Below the pieces are notes generated by a model, which was given only the letters and a program-made list of their open reading frames with translations, searched no databases and was not told where the DNA came from. Shown here in pieces: positions 1 through 13,045 of a stretch of 64,000 bases of DNA. The stretch lies in the NCBI GenBank assembly GCA_964035545.1, contig OZ037767.1, forward strand, positions 9,682,581-9,746,580, read 5' to 3'. The DNA is from Bugula neritina. Its lineage: Eukaryota > Animalia > Bryozoa. The stretch's first letter is position 1. Each line of letters starts with the position of its first letter. Position numbers and translations under genes: made by a program.

Positions 1-2990
1 AAGACAATTCTATTACTTCAATATCAAATGACTTGATAGACAGTTTATCACAAGACTTCAAGTATATCGAGATATTCGCAGTTAACGACAACCCACTTAT
101 TTGCTCGTGTAACAACCGTTTCAAAAACTGGATTGAATATTCACCTATAGTAATGTTACCCAAACAAATAACATGCACCCCACCCCAAGCCAGCAATACC
201 AATATTACCGTAAAAGTTATTGATCACACACCAGATCAATTCCACTGTTTCATTAAAACTCCTTTGGTGATCATTGGTGCTGTGTTAACTGGAATAGGTG
301 TTAGTTTAATCATAGCCCTTCCCTGCTACAGGTATCGCTGGTACATCAGTCATTGTAGCTTAGTATTGAAAGCTATGACAAAAAGAATTAAGGAAGTAAA
401 GTTTGAACAACAGTGTGAATATGATGCCCTGGTTTCATATGACAGGCAGAGTGAATCAGACACTCAGTGGGTGATACAGCAACTCATTCCTCATATAGAA
501 GGAAGTGAGAATATAAACGTGAGTAAAATTAACTTTCCAAATTGAATTACTTGATGAACAACATCTCCTAAGCCTAGGGCCACACTGTGCGTATTTTCGC
601 ATGCGAAAATTGAAATCACAAGTAACAAAGGTGTCCACTGTGCGCGTTGAGAAAACCTTCGCACTTGTCGCTCTGCATTCTCAACGCAAGTGCGAATCGT
701 CTCTGTCGTCGTCACCTAATTGGCTGATAGTTATTCAGCGAGCCCAACTTCTTTATTTTAGTGCTACATTCCAGTAAATTGCGTTTTATTGAAGGCGAGT
801 GCGATTTAAAAATGAAAGCTTTATTTATCACGCATCACTGACGTTACAGTGGACACCTTTGCTACTTGCGAATTCAATTTTCGCATGCGAAAATACGCAC
901 CGTGTGGCCCTAGGCTTACTCTAAATTCAAAATATATATTTGCAGAAGTTTAATATTGCTGGCTAACCACCTCCTTGATTAAGCTGTTTATTTCCCTTAC
1001 TTGCTTCTTCTTGGTTTTGTACCTCCCTTACCGTACTTTGACTATTTGCAATTACCATTTCCAATATATATACCTGCAAAGTTTTGTTTAGTAAAAAAAA
1101 GTAATTTACTAGTATATGCATGGCAGTCCTCACACAGGCTCTTGTTTTACCATGTTTTTATTTTGCGTTATAAGTAATGTGAAATGACAGGCAAAGTTAT
1201 TATGTAATATATTATGCCACCTACAAAGAAAAAACTCATGCAAGTTTATAGTCGCTATCCCTGTGAGAGCCCTTGATAGAAAGGGCTTTTTGTTAAATAT
1301 TGTTAAAGGCCTGACCTCACACTTGTGAGAATCACACGAAATTGTCTATTTGACACGAAAACACAAACGTTCGATCAAATTTGAAAAAATTCAAACAAAA
1401 TCGTCTTCGTTGGGTACACCTAGCGAAGACTATGGACAAAAATTCACAATTAACGATAAGCACCATTTGATTGGTCAATAGAATTTTAGCAACAGCAATT
1501 ATTTCATTTCTACCACATTTCTCTGTTTGGCAACTTTTTGCTGTTTGTATCTCATGCAAGACTCATTCACGGACTATTTATGATGTGTTTTGTCCGATGA
1601 GTGTGTGGCTGGTCATAATGAGAGGATAACTCACAAAAATTGTCACACGATTTTTGTGTAATTCTCACAAGTGTGAGGCCCAGGCCTTTTATTCAGATTT
1701 GGCGCGGTAGCAATTATAACTGGATGCTCTTCCTAGCATTACCAATGACCTTTGTCAGGTTCAAACCCAAGACTTTGGTTTACTAAGCCAAACACTCCAG
1801 CCCCAAACCCCTGCTCCCTCAATAAACTTTACCATAATTACAGTTAGTTACCTTCTAATATTTTCAATTCACTCTAGAAACTGAATCTGTTCATAACTGA
1901 TAGAGACTCAGAGCCTGGTGCCAACACATTCTGTGAGCTGTGTGGGACAGTACAGAAGAGCAGAAAGATAATCATTCTTCTCTCAAACTCATACCTCCTG
2001 AGTCCAACGTGTCTCTACCAAACTGAGTTTCTAGCAGGTAAAAATTGTTGGATTGCCGTAATATCATATATTAGATTATCACTGTAATAATTTTAGTAGT
2101 ATACTATTGCAACATTGTAATACATTTACCGTCATTGCTCTTGCAACTCATAATATCACTACTAAAATAGTGTGTTTAGTACTTTTGTACTGGTTATGCT
2201 GAGAGGAAATTATTAATAAATTCATTTCATAAACTTGTAAAATTAGTCATCACTCAAAAAGTCAGAAAAATAGCTTTATGCAGTTAATAAAACTCAATTG
2301 CTTTTCATTTATACTGAACACATTTTGGAAACTGCCTTTTGAAGGAACAAGGAAGTTGTCCATCCTACTTACCGTAGCACTTTTCTTATGCTAATTAAAG
2401 TAAGCTTAGACTGAAACTGGGAGCATATTTTTAGGTGCTAGTATGGAGGATAATGTGAACATTTATCAGCCAAACAGAATACTTGTACTAATTCTGGAAG
2501 AGCTCAATGAAGATATAATTAACTCACCAATGACCTCTCTACTGACTTCAAACACAAATGTGATCAATATTGTGAGTAAAAGTTCTTTGTGATTCATCAA
2601 ATTTTTTACGTAGCCGCAAACATGTAACACACTTCAAGCTAACTATTCAACTAAAAACTCAAACATTTTATGGAATAAAAACATACAGGCGTTTTTATAA
2701 ATGACAAATTAAAACAACATTTTACTAGAAAAAGCTATTTTTTGTTCTTGTTTACCATTATCACTAATGATTCTTTAAACATAAAGTATTAGTATGGATA
2801 TATTTTAAAGTACGAGTATAGTGAGAAGAAGATGCACAGAGTTTGGAAGAAGATAAGAAGCTTCATTTCTACACCTCATCTCTTTTATAAAAAGAGAAAA
2901 CGAAAGAAAGAAAATATGTTGGCTAAGAAAAATGCAATTTTAAAGAAAGGGATCCAAGTTGAAGAGCATGAAATTGAGCAGCTTCTGTAA
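1..2990 (+). CDS. Toll-like receptor, paralogue A (5'-truncated by window edge): last LRR/LRRCT, TM, TIR
   Basis: Exons <1-518, 1878-2037, 2435-2571, 2811-2990(TAA), all GT-AG with phases 0,1,0. LRRCT NPLICSCNNRFKNWI, TM PLVIIGAVLTGIGVSLIIALPC, TIR box1 CEYDALVSY, box2 LFITDRDSEPG, QKSRKIIILLSNSYL, box3-like RVWKKIRSFI. Confidence 0.9.
571..916. mobile_element. MITE family A, copy 1 (346 bp, ~70-bp TIRs) in TLR-A intron
   Basis: TIR AGCCTAGGGCCACACTGTGCGTATTTTCGCATGCGAAAATT...GGTGTCCACTGT with its inverted match at the right end; flanked by TA on both sides; two more copies in the window; non-coding. Confidence 0.9.
1250..1819 (-). mobile_element. tRNA-derived SINE, split by MITE B
   Basis: Pieces 1250-1304 and 1690-1819 align with the SINE copies at 8636-8833 and 32611-32800. 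Confidence 0.75.
1305..1689. mobile_element. MITE family B nested inside a SINE copy
   Basis: ~33-bp TIRs AAAGGCCTGACCTCACACTTGTGAGAATCACAC / GTGTAATTCTCACAAGTGTGAGGCCCAGGCCTTT; the flanks join into a continuous SINE. Confidence 0.78.
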
Positions 2991-4851
2991 AAATCAAAAC
3001 TGTTTACAAAATTTTAAATTTATAAGAAATATTGTCTTGTATGTTCTTAATATGTGAACTTGTCCCTGAATTGACATTATTGCATGAGCTATAACAAGTA
3101 GGTGTTACGATGGCTAGTTTACAGTCACACAGAATGAAAACATACTGCTATATCAGATTATAATTAGACTGTCATTTGTCGCTATTTTTCTACCAACAAG
3201 GAAGCTGACATTTTTTGACCGCTTGTATTTTTTATTCTAGGAATGCTGTCAAGATTTGTGTCTAATTTTTTTCAACCAATCACATGTCCTAGTGTTTTAT
3301 TTAAACTCCTGAATATTTTAAAATTTTTATTAACCTGGCGACTTGTCCATGGTAAGCCTGAAGCAGACCAATGTAAAGAACTGAAAACAAAATTGTTTAC
3401 TACATTATGCAAAACAACTAACTTGTTTTACTCTCAATAAACACTTGAAAGCCGCAACAAAAACAAAAAAGTTATACCTAACAATTAATAAACAAAACTA
3501 TAGTTAGGATAACATATCATATATTTATTGCTTCTGTTATAGGTAGTGTATTTTGCAATATTTGCACAAGTCTCAAATATACCAGTTGTGTACAAAATAG
3601 TACATAAATGGCTATATGCAGTTTAAATATTCATAATAGTATTTATCATTAATCAATTATCGAAGTGCATATAATAAGTTTTCACGTTATACAGTAGGGT
3701 GTATGAAAACAGGGCTGTCTTGCCATCAGTTTGTCATAAGGTCATGGTCAATCAGCTGTGTTTACACTGGAAACTTGATTATATCCTGTTTACTATTTGA
3801 GACTACTCCTAACTTAGACTCACTTCCACTACAGCCCATGAAGGGTGAAACAAATCCGAACTCTTAATAGTGTCTTCCTACATGTTTCACTTTTTAGCTA
3901 AAATTACTAATGCATTAAGCCCATATTTCAGCACTAGATGATATTTGAAAATGGTTATATTTTTATCATTAGGGTTCTGATGAAACTGATATAATTTAAT
4001 AGACCCAAAAACTATTGATAAATTCTATAACAACCCACACAAGTTTTGCTGACTTGCTGACTGTTAGATTTATCATTGTATTATAAATTAAAGAATTGTT
4101 TTCTCTTGTCTAAAAATAGCAAAACAACAGTCCACCAGATGTCTGACGATAAACAAGGAAGTATATATGATAATACATGACAGGATATACACAGTGAGAA
4201 AGTAGCATATTACTGCAGTATTGACAATAGCTATAATGCAGGTTATTGTACTAAGTTCTAGCTTCACCTAGAGTTTCAGCACCTATTTAGTGTATTATAC
4301 AACTGAATCTTGCATTATTTACTTGATATACATGACAGAAGTAAATTATAAGGTCACTATAAACGTTTTTCAGACGTCATTCACCTAAATAAGTTTAAAT
4401 ACTGTGAAAGAAAGAATCTGATTGGCTCACAAAGAGGAAGTAAATGATTAAATGAATTTACCTAACTAACACAGTAATAGTTTTCAACACAGTCATAAAG
4501 GCTGATCTGAAAAGTCTCTTTTGTGCTTACTTCGCTGCCATTGCTGCATAAATTGGATGAGCTTCATTCAACTTCAAAACAGTAAGTAATAAATTATTTG
4601 TAACAATTACTAAAAAGTATTACATAAGCAGAGCTGTTGTCATTTTTTAGTCGGTAAAGTTACTTTGCTTGTTTAAATTAATTATTAACTATAGTGTCTC
4701 AAAATCTAGCAATACAAACTCCATTACTCTTTTTTTTACTTCACTTCACTTACACAATTGACTCCTTCAGGAATTACCAGCATGTTTTATACAGCTATGC
4801 AACCATAGTTGAGGTATTAATCTCACATTTTCTACGCATTCATAAGTTTGT

Positions 4852-5030
4852 CAACTGTGAGGACCCCTCATAGCAAGGGTTTTTCTAAGAGACCTATATT
4901 TTCTCTTTCACAAAGGCGAAATTATGACTTGATGCTTTTCCTAATATTACCAATAAGCTTTACTGGAATCTAACCACTGATCTTGAGTTTACAAAGCCAG
5001 TCCTCTAATTACTACACTACAGCGCTGCTC
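4852..5030 (-). mobile_element. tRNA-derived SINE copy (old, diverged)
   Basis: CTGTGAGGACCCCT..AATTATGACTTGATGCTTTTCCTAATATTACCAAT..GTTTACAAAGCCAG..GCTGCTC is colinear with the family. Confidence 0.55.
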
Positions 5031-6212
5031 ATTTTTGTTAATACAATTGAAGTACCAACATAATTTGACATGATTCAGTATCCATGAATTATGTTCAAAG
5101 ATCAAACTTTTTAAAATGCTTCAATCATAGCTAATTGTGGTTATTTTCAAAACTTTCAGGTGCAAAACCAAATAATGACTACACGATAAAAACAGTTTCA
5201 GCTACTACATTAAATCTATAAAGAGAGGCACAAAAAATTTGTTCTAAAAAAGAATATTCACTTTTGCAGCCTGCATGCTTCGTTGACTGAATTGTGTTTT
5301 ACTATGAGTTGGTTTGCATTAACTTATTCCATTACAATTAATTGAAAAAACTGTTAGGCCCCAACAATCTTTCTTTACTCTAATCACCTATACTTTATGC
5401 AAAGATAGTAAATGAGTTTCAACGCTGAACGGTGTAAGAAATAGCTTCTCATCGCCACTGTATTAAAGCTATGCACGCAACAGGGAAGTAGCGATGGGTG
5501 AAGTCTCACTTAACTAAAGAGGAAGTTTAGGTATAGCAACCTAGGAAGCTCAGCCATCCTAAAAAACTATTAGTAATTACATTACCTAATAGTATATATA
5601 TTATATAGATGAATATATGTAGCAGTTAAATGTCAACAGCTATGAAAGTTCAAACACATGAAAAACTTGGCCATAACTGTTTTAAGGAAAGGATTTGGTC
5701 TGGAGTATTGCTGCAAACACACTATAGTCAAACAAAAAGCAAAAATTTAATTAGGGGAAGTTAATAGTTTATGTTGTGTTTTAAATTATAGAAATGTTTA
5801 TTGTAGCAGATTGAAAGAAAATAGCAAGGTGAAAAATGTTACATCATCAGTTATAAATGTGGTTGCAAGTAGTAAGTGCAAGTAGCAAGACACAAGTGAA
5901 TATATGCTGGGTTTTTATACCAATCAAAAAGGTTAGCTATTGTGTAGTACGCATAACGAGTGTGAGAAAAGCATAATATAGCTGGCATAACTGTGGTGAT
6001 ATATAAAAAGCTATAATGAATTAGAGAAAAGCTTTCCCAGCTCATGTAAAGTCCCAACAGTTTACATACAAGCTGTGCACCTATTATGTACCAAAGTGGT
6101 TGGATCAATTCAGAGTGAATTGACTCACTTGCTTATGACGTTGTTGCTTTCATTGTACAGATACTAAATAACATTTCTAGATTCTGTATTCAAACATTGT
6201 TTTGTTTTATAG

Positions 6213-9200
6213 ATGGAAGAGAGGCTCAACTATCAGATATGTTGGTTAATGTTACTCATTACAAGTGTCCTTGCTATGGACAAAATATGTCCCAATGAAG
6301 ATAGAATCTGTAAACTAGGCTTATGTAACATAACAGAGTGTGTGCAGTGCTCTGAAGGGACTGCCATATGTTCTACCAGTAATCCTAATGAATTTATACC
6401 CAAAGAGCTAGACCCCATCACTAGCCATCTTACCATTACATACTCTGGTCCACCAGTAGCACTAAGTGAGTCAGTATTTAGCCAGTTTCATAATATCAGA
6501 TCACTGACAATAACCGGAAGAAATATAACATCTGTGGCACCAAATACCTTTATCAAACAAACTGATATGAGTGTCATCAACGTAACCAGGACATCAATTT
6601 CTAAGCTGCCTACTCTGCTTTTCTCTTCAGAAAATCATATTGAAGAAATGTATTTGGCTCAAAATAAATTTAGCTATTTTCCAACAAATATGTTTGCCAA
6701 TATACCTAATGTTATGCAAATGGACTTTTCTTACAATCCTTTGGAATATTGCAACACTAATCCTACTTCAATTGGTAAAGAGTTCACAAAACTGACAAAA
6801 CTATTTTCCTTAACACTTCAAGGTTTTGGGACTAGCCATCAAGAATGTCAAAAAGTCAATGCCACTACGTTTTTTAGCCCTCTTAAAGCAATCACTGAGT
6901 TGGATCTCAGTGAGTCACACATTTTCTCTTCAGGTCCACAAATCCTTAAGCCACTTGAAAATTTACTTGCTTTGTACATCAATAACATCCCTTTGTATAG
7001 AAATTGCCCATCTGATGCGTCTACGCTATTTCAAAACTTGCCTACCCATCTAACAGAGATAGATATGAGATATTGGACAAGTGAGTTTCCAGCAAATGAA
7101 TCTTGTTTTCTTAATCACGGTACTTTAGTAGGACTTAAAAACCTTACCAAGCTTTCGATGGTAGATGTCCGATTCAGTGACAAAATATTCGGAAGCGTGT
7201 TGACTAAAGAAATATTTGAAGGTTTTAAAGATCTTGAAGTTTTATACCTCGCAGAATGCGGGATTTCATATATTGAAGAAAACACTTTTCAACCTTTGTC
7301 AAAGTTATCAACCTTAGACCTGAGCGGTAACTCTTTAGGAAAGAGACAACTCTTACTGTATGGCAAGGACGCATCCTCAAAAATAACAACTTTGAACCTT
7401 ATCGGCATGCGGATAAATTCAAATCTTACAAGTTTACTAGACAGTTTTCCACAATTAGGCACTTTGTATATGAATGACAATTCTTTAGACAATGTTCCGA
7501 TATTCTTAGAAAATAATGGTAAACGGGTATATAAAAAGACTCTAATAAGATTTCTCCATTTAGACAACAACCTAATTTCAAGTTTTTCAACAAAAGATGC
7601 AGCAAATCTTTGCAAGGTTATGCCAACCTTAGAAAGATTGTATTTAGAGAATAATAGACTTGTAAATATTATTGAAATGTGTACAACGTTGAAGATCCTC
7701 TCCTTAGCTAATAACTTCATTGGACTTATGCCAGCAAATAATTTTCGTGCTTTGTCTAAACTGACAAGCCTCGATCATCTTGACCTAACATATAACCAGA
7801 TTGAGTATATCCCAAGCTTCTTATTTAAAAGTATGCCTCGACTCAGCAGCTTGTTATTAGGAGGAAATAGACTCAGCACTCTGCCTGTTGAACTTCCAAA
7901 ACTGTGTCCACATCTTGCCGTACTCGATTTACAATCGAATTTCGTAACTTCTCTTGAAAATGCAGCAATAGACGGTTTCAAAAATTTGATTTATGTCTAT
8001 TTCCAAAACAACTCTCTAACAACTATTTCACAAGACTTTCTTAAAAATATTCCAAAAAGATATCCGAAACTTCAAATCATGGCAGTTAACCTCAACCCTT
8101 TTGTTTGCTCTTGTGATGATGACCTTAAAACATGGATCATGACTTCTCAAATAGTGATTTTACCAACAGAAATTAGATGTAGCCCTCCTGAGCTCAACAA
8201 CAAAAACATCACCAAAAAAATTATGGACTACATACCAAATAAATTCTACTGCTTTGTTAAAAAGCCTCTGGTTATATCGGCCATTGTTTTAGCAGCAACG
8301 TTTTCAAGTCTGATATTGGTGTTTGTGAGTTGCAAAAGTCGATCAATTGTCAGTCGTTGCCGACTAGTAATTAGTGCTACAGCTACAGAAATAAAGAAAT
8401 TGAAGTATGAGAAGCAATGTGACTACGATGCTCTAGTTTTATATGATGTACACAATGAGTCGCTGGTGCGCTGGGTGAATCAGCAGGTCATTCCTGGCAT
8501 AGCAAAACAGAATGAACAGTCAGAAGTAAGTTTACAACAAGTCTACATTAGTTATAATGAGTTTGATGTACTGCAAATTGTTATATGTCATGCAAAACTA
8601 TTATCATTTATAGTTATAAAACCTTACACAAGTTTATAGTCACCATTCCTGTGAGAAAACTCTTGATGAAAAGGGTTTTGGTTAAAATGAGCTAAGATTT
8701 ATTTAGATGAAGCACAAGAGCAATTATGACTGGATGCTCTTCCTAACATCACAAATGACCTTTATAGGGGCTCAAACCCATGACTTCGTGCTTGTGAAGC
8801 AAACGCTCTAACCCCTAGACCACGGCTGCTTCCTTGACATATGAATAACTGACCATGGCTGGTCGACCTTATCGCTTACAGTTATACATGTGGAAAAATA
8901 AAATTAATAATGGTTCTGTTTACTAACTATGTATGTTGTCAAAATCACTAGCACGAAATTTCTATGCAGCTTTGATTGTTGTAATGCATACTATTTTTTA
9001 CTTGACAAAAGCATATGACTTTTTAAATACTGCCTTTGCATGTAAATAAGAAATCAGAGAGTTGCTTTCTAGCTGTGAGTAACTGAAGCACTTCTTATGC
9101 AGGTACCAGAATTATTCATAGCTGATCCAGAATCTAGCAACAATAGAGGTGATCTACTTGAAGGTCTACAAAAGAGTAGAAAGATAATTCTTATTTTGAC

Positions 9201-9782
9201 CAACTCATATCTTTCCAGTCCAGTTTCCCGTAGTCATACAAGATTGATAAATGGTAAGAAGCATTACCATTCAACTATTTATCAAACGCACAGTTTGAAA
9301 AAAGTTCATGCATCGATTGTAAATTACTGTACAACATTCATGTTACAGACAACTCCAAAAATTCTAACCGACTACTAGTGATAATATTTGAGGAACTTAC
9401 TGATGAAATAACTTTGTCACCAGTTGCCACACTACTCACTGCTAACATGTCAACTGTCTTGGATATTGTAAGTATTTTTACTATTTCTATATATACCTTA
9501 TTATTATTGGTATATAAATTATAATTAAAACAGTGCTGATCACTTTAATATTTGTTTCAGATTTTGATGCTTCTTTAAGCCTGATTTTTATTACATTGCT
9601 TGTAAAAAAAATTTCAGAGTAACTGGCAGGACAGTAATGAAAAGATGGAAATAATCTGGAAAACAATAAATAACTTTCTACATAAACCTTCTCATTTAAC
9701 AAAGCACAAGAAAGCCAGGAGACCTCTTCATAGAGAGCACAACTCTTCACCGGAGACAGAGTTACTGCCATTATTGAGTTAG
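6213..9782 (+). CDS. Toll-like receptor, paralogue B (~915 aa; signal peptide, LRR ectodomain, LRRCT, TM, divergent TIR)
   Basis: Exons 6213-8525, 9103-9253, 9349-9467, 9618-9782(TAG); 2748 nt, divisible by 3; same intron positions and phases as paralogue A. Signal ICWLMLLITSVLA, many LxxLxLxxN repeats, LRRCT NPFVCSC, TM PLVISAIVLAATFSSLILVFVSC, TIR CDYDALVLY...QKSRKIILILTNSYL. An acceptor-like ttttatag immediately precedes the ATG, implying upstream 5'UTR exon(s). Confidence 0.92.
8636..8833 (-). mobile_element. tRNA-derived SINE, near full length (~200 bp)
   Basis: Minus strand: head with A-box-like TGGTCTAGGGG and B-box-like GGTTTGAGCCC, conserved core AGGAAGAGCATCCAGTCATAATTGCTC, tail ..TTCTCACAGGAATGGTGACTAT; multicopy. 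Confidence 0.82.
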
Positions 9783-12443
9783 CTTTAACATCATCACTCA
9801 AGTTTTGAGCTGACTTAATATGAAAACTGCTCGATTTTATAACCAAGTGGTGATAGTGTTAAAGTATTGTATAGTATATGCCATAATATATTATATACTA
9901 TAATCTATATACCATCTACTATAATATGCAATATATTATATATTATGCAGTATATAGTATCAATTATATAGTTTATAGGCCTTGAATTAGTAATAAGAAC
10001 TAGTGGTGGAACGGCACGAAACCTAACCCAGATGATGTGTGGCCCAAGACCAGTCTAGCTCAAGAAAAAACTTTACATAGTATATAGTATATAGTACATA
10101 ATATATCGCATATAGTACATAGTATATACTACAATTTATATACTATACGTATACTATATATTACATGCTATATACAGCATACTATATACTATATATTACA
10201 TATTATATACTATCATATATACTATATATACTAAGCGTTATAAAAGGTTGCATTGAAATAATATGCTATCTTTTATACAAATTTTACACATGATGTGTAT
10301 AGTTGCCATTTTGATTAGATGTATAAAATGTTTACATAAAGTTAATAAATTGGTTCAGCACTTTCACCCAAAATATTAAATAAACAGCAATTAGATCTTT
10401 ATCATTTCTAATGTACAAATATTAACTTAATATTGGATAGAAAAATATCAGTTTAATCTGGGAGAGTTAAAGGGTCTTATAGAAATATTGCATGAGAGGA
10501 CAATTTCAAGCCAATACGGTTTTAAAAAATGTGTCAAATTCAGAAAGTACCCAGCCCATGCTGTTTGGAAGTTGAGTTTAAATTCGAAGTTGTCGCTTCT
10601 TTGCTATATTACTTTTCGTGAAATTAACTTTGTTTGCAACGTAGGTGACTCCCCATTTGTTTTTTATTAAATGCACAGTTTTGCTACCAAAAAAACACTA
10701 AATAGCAATATCTAATTTATTTGCTATCTCAGAATTTTTAGAATTTTAGTTTTTACATTCATACAGTTTCAAAGCAAGAAAATTTGAATTGCTAGATACT
10801 TCGCAGAAAATGTGAAAATAAAACCACTGTAGTCTATTACTATCATGATTCATAAGCTAATTCAATAATAACTTCGATTCTGCTCATAGTATAGAGTTGT
10901 GCTCTCGATGAAAAGTTGGTAACTTTATATGTAGTAGTTGTCTTATCTATGCATGGCTTGGATAAATATTTGTTATGAGCAAGTATATATTATAATGGAG
11001 AACTTGAGAAAGTTCTGTGGTCTAATAAGGAATTGTAACAAGAGAAGTTGTGGCCTGTTGAAAATTTCAAATCCTAGTCTCAAACTTACGTTATTAAAAA
11101 TATAAGAACTTAGGCCATTGAAATATTACCTGCTATTTTACTTCTAAATGTTAAGTCATCAAACAAGCTTACAGAATCTCTTAAAGTGTTAAGTGACTGT
11201 CACTTTTGTGGGCTAAGCATGATTAAAACGTGATTAGAAATTTGATTGGTTCTGCTGCCAATTTAAAACTGGAGTGCTCTACAGCTGAACTACTTGAAAT
11301 GGCTGAATGTATACTTTATTTGATTATTTTCCAGGTCTATTAATATTGCGGAAAGGTTTGTGGATTTAATCTTTCAGTTAATCTTCTATATGGTTTAGAA
11401 ACTCTTGAAAAAAGCTTATCTGTGGCGGCTTTTCAACGTGTAATATGCATTATTAACCTTTAAGATGTTACATAATTATTTTTATAATCCGAAAAATCTT
11501 TACCTATAATAAGCTAGCCTCAAGTTGACCAAAATAAAAGTATTGGTGTAGACAGGGTGGTATATAGTTATTAAAGGGCTGCAAGTGTTGAAGAAAGTCG
11601 GATTAGACTCTGCTGTCTCATCTTAAGCTGACTTGTGAAGAGATTTTCAAAGTAACTGCTTGTCCAAATATATAGAATTCCTTACTGGAAAAACACTTCT
11701 ATTGGTTTGAAGTTACAATTCATGTGAATAAATACTTTGATGGCAATGGTAGACGATAGACTGAGTCCTAAATCATGCTAGAAACAATTTTGTTGGTGCT
11801 TTAGGGTGATCTAAAGACAATGACATTTGCTAATAGCTAGGTGAAGGGCTGTTGATTTTGCTGATCTTGGGTTCCTAGTTGTGGGTTTATATTTATGAGT
11901 TAGACATTTTATAAGAATCACTTTCATGCTGGACTTAGATGAGCCTTCTTAATTATATTGAATCAAGTCTGCATCAACAAAATCTTTCCTGAAATATTAG
12001 GATAGAAAACCATTATATAAAGTATTACCAGTATTATATTTCCAGTATTATACTCCTGTATATATAATTGTTAAATTATATTGTTTTATGTTTATCAATA
12101 CATAATGTTAATCATGGTTTTCTAAATTGCTTCTAGCACCTATGCTAGAAGTTGGAGGTAGTGGATACTATGTTGGGGTGTGCTGGAGCACAGAGGGTGT
12201 TGAGCAAATTGGCATTCTTCAATATATAAATACAATCCCGCTATCCGAACAAGACAAAGCGGAGATAGGTGAGAATATGTAAATACAATAAGACCAGTAG
12301 CGAATTCTACCAATAGCCTCAGCTCTTATACTAGAGTTATTTCAAGTTATATACATTCGTAGTTACTTCACACAAATATCCAGCAGAACATCTAGAAGTT
12401 TTCAACTCTGTAGACTATAACAGGACACATCATTATACAGCTA

Positions 12444-13045
12444 TGTAGCAAGCACCTGAGAAGTTTCTAAAAACTAAGCGCACAATGTAAGCTAAGCCGC
12501 TATGGCAGATTCATAAAACGCAAAAGATATTTACTTTAAAACAAAACTTTAAGACAAAACCATGGCCAGAGGAGTAATTTGACATGTTAAGGATCCTGTC
12601 AATATCCTTATTTTACCATTGACACTGAAATAGAGTGTAACAATATGTTGACAGGGGATTAAAATGCTGTTCCTTCAACTCTGTATTAAAATTTCAGAAA
12701 CATCGATTTTAATCAAAAAAGTGATATTGTTTGCTAGCATGTAGCAAGCACCTAAGATATTTTTAGAAACTAATTACATATAGTGTAGCACTGAGGATAT
12801 TAAATTTTATTCTTGACATCATGTATTTATCAGTTTAAAAAGAAATTAGAGTTCAGAACAAAACTGGCAACAGCAAAAACTTGGCATATTAAGGATCGTG
12901 TCAATATGCTTAATTTACCATATTGACACTGAAATAGAATGTAAAAATATGGCAGGTTATTAGAATGCTGTTCCTTCAACTCTATTTAAAATTCAGAAAT
13001 ATAGATTTTCATGGTCAAAAATCTGACATTTTTTGCTTGTGTGTA
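12444..13045. repeat. Diverged ~300-bp tandem duplication upstream of the GPCR
   Basis: Units start ATGTAGCAAGCACCT at ~12444 and ~12739 and share TTAAGGATC..GTCAATAT, TTGACACTGAAATAGA, AATGCTGTTCCTTCAACTCT. Confidence 0.8.

Noticed and set aside
456-715. ORFs sharing the peptide [22 protein letters not shown] with 41016-41291
   Set aside because: The shared peptide is the translation of the MITE A terminal inverted repeat.
571-916. Firm superfamily assignment for MITE A
   Set aside because: Flanks fit a TA TSD in two copies and TAA in the third; Tc1/mariner versus PIF/Harbinger cannot be decided without more copies.
8770-8833. tRNA-like sequences (also near 15858, 22700 and 32611)
   Set aside because: No complete cloverleaf or acceptor stem, and they are attached to a shared non-tRNA body, so they are SINE heads rather than tRNA genes.
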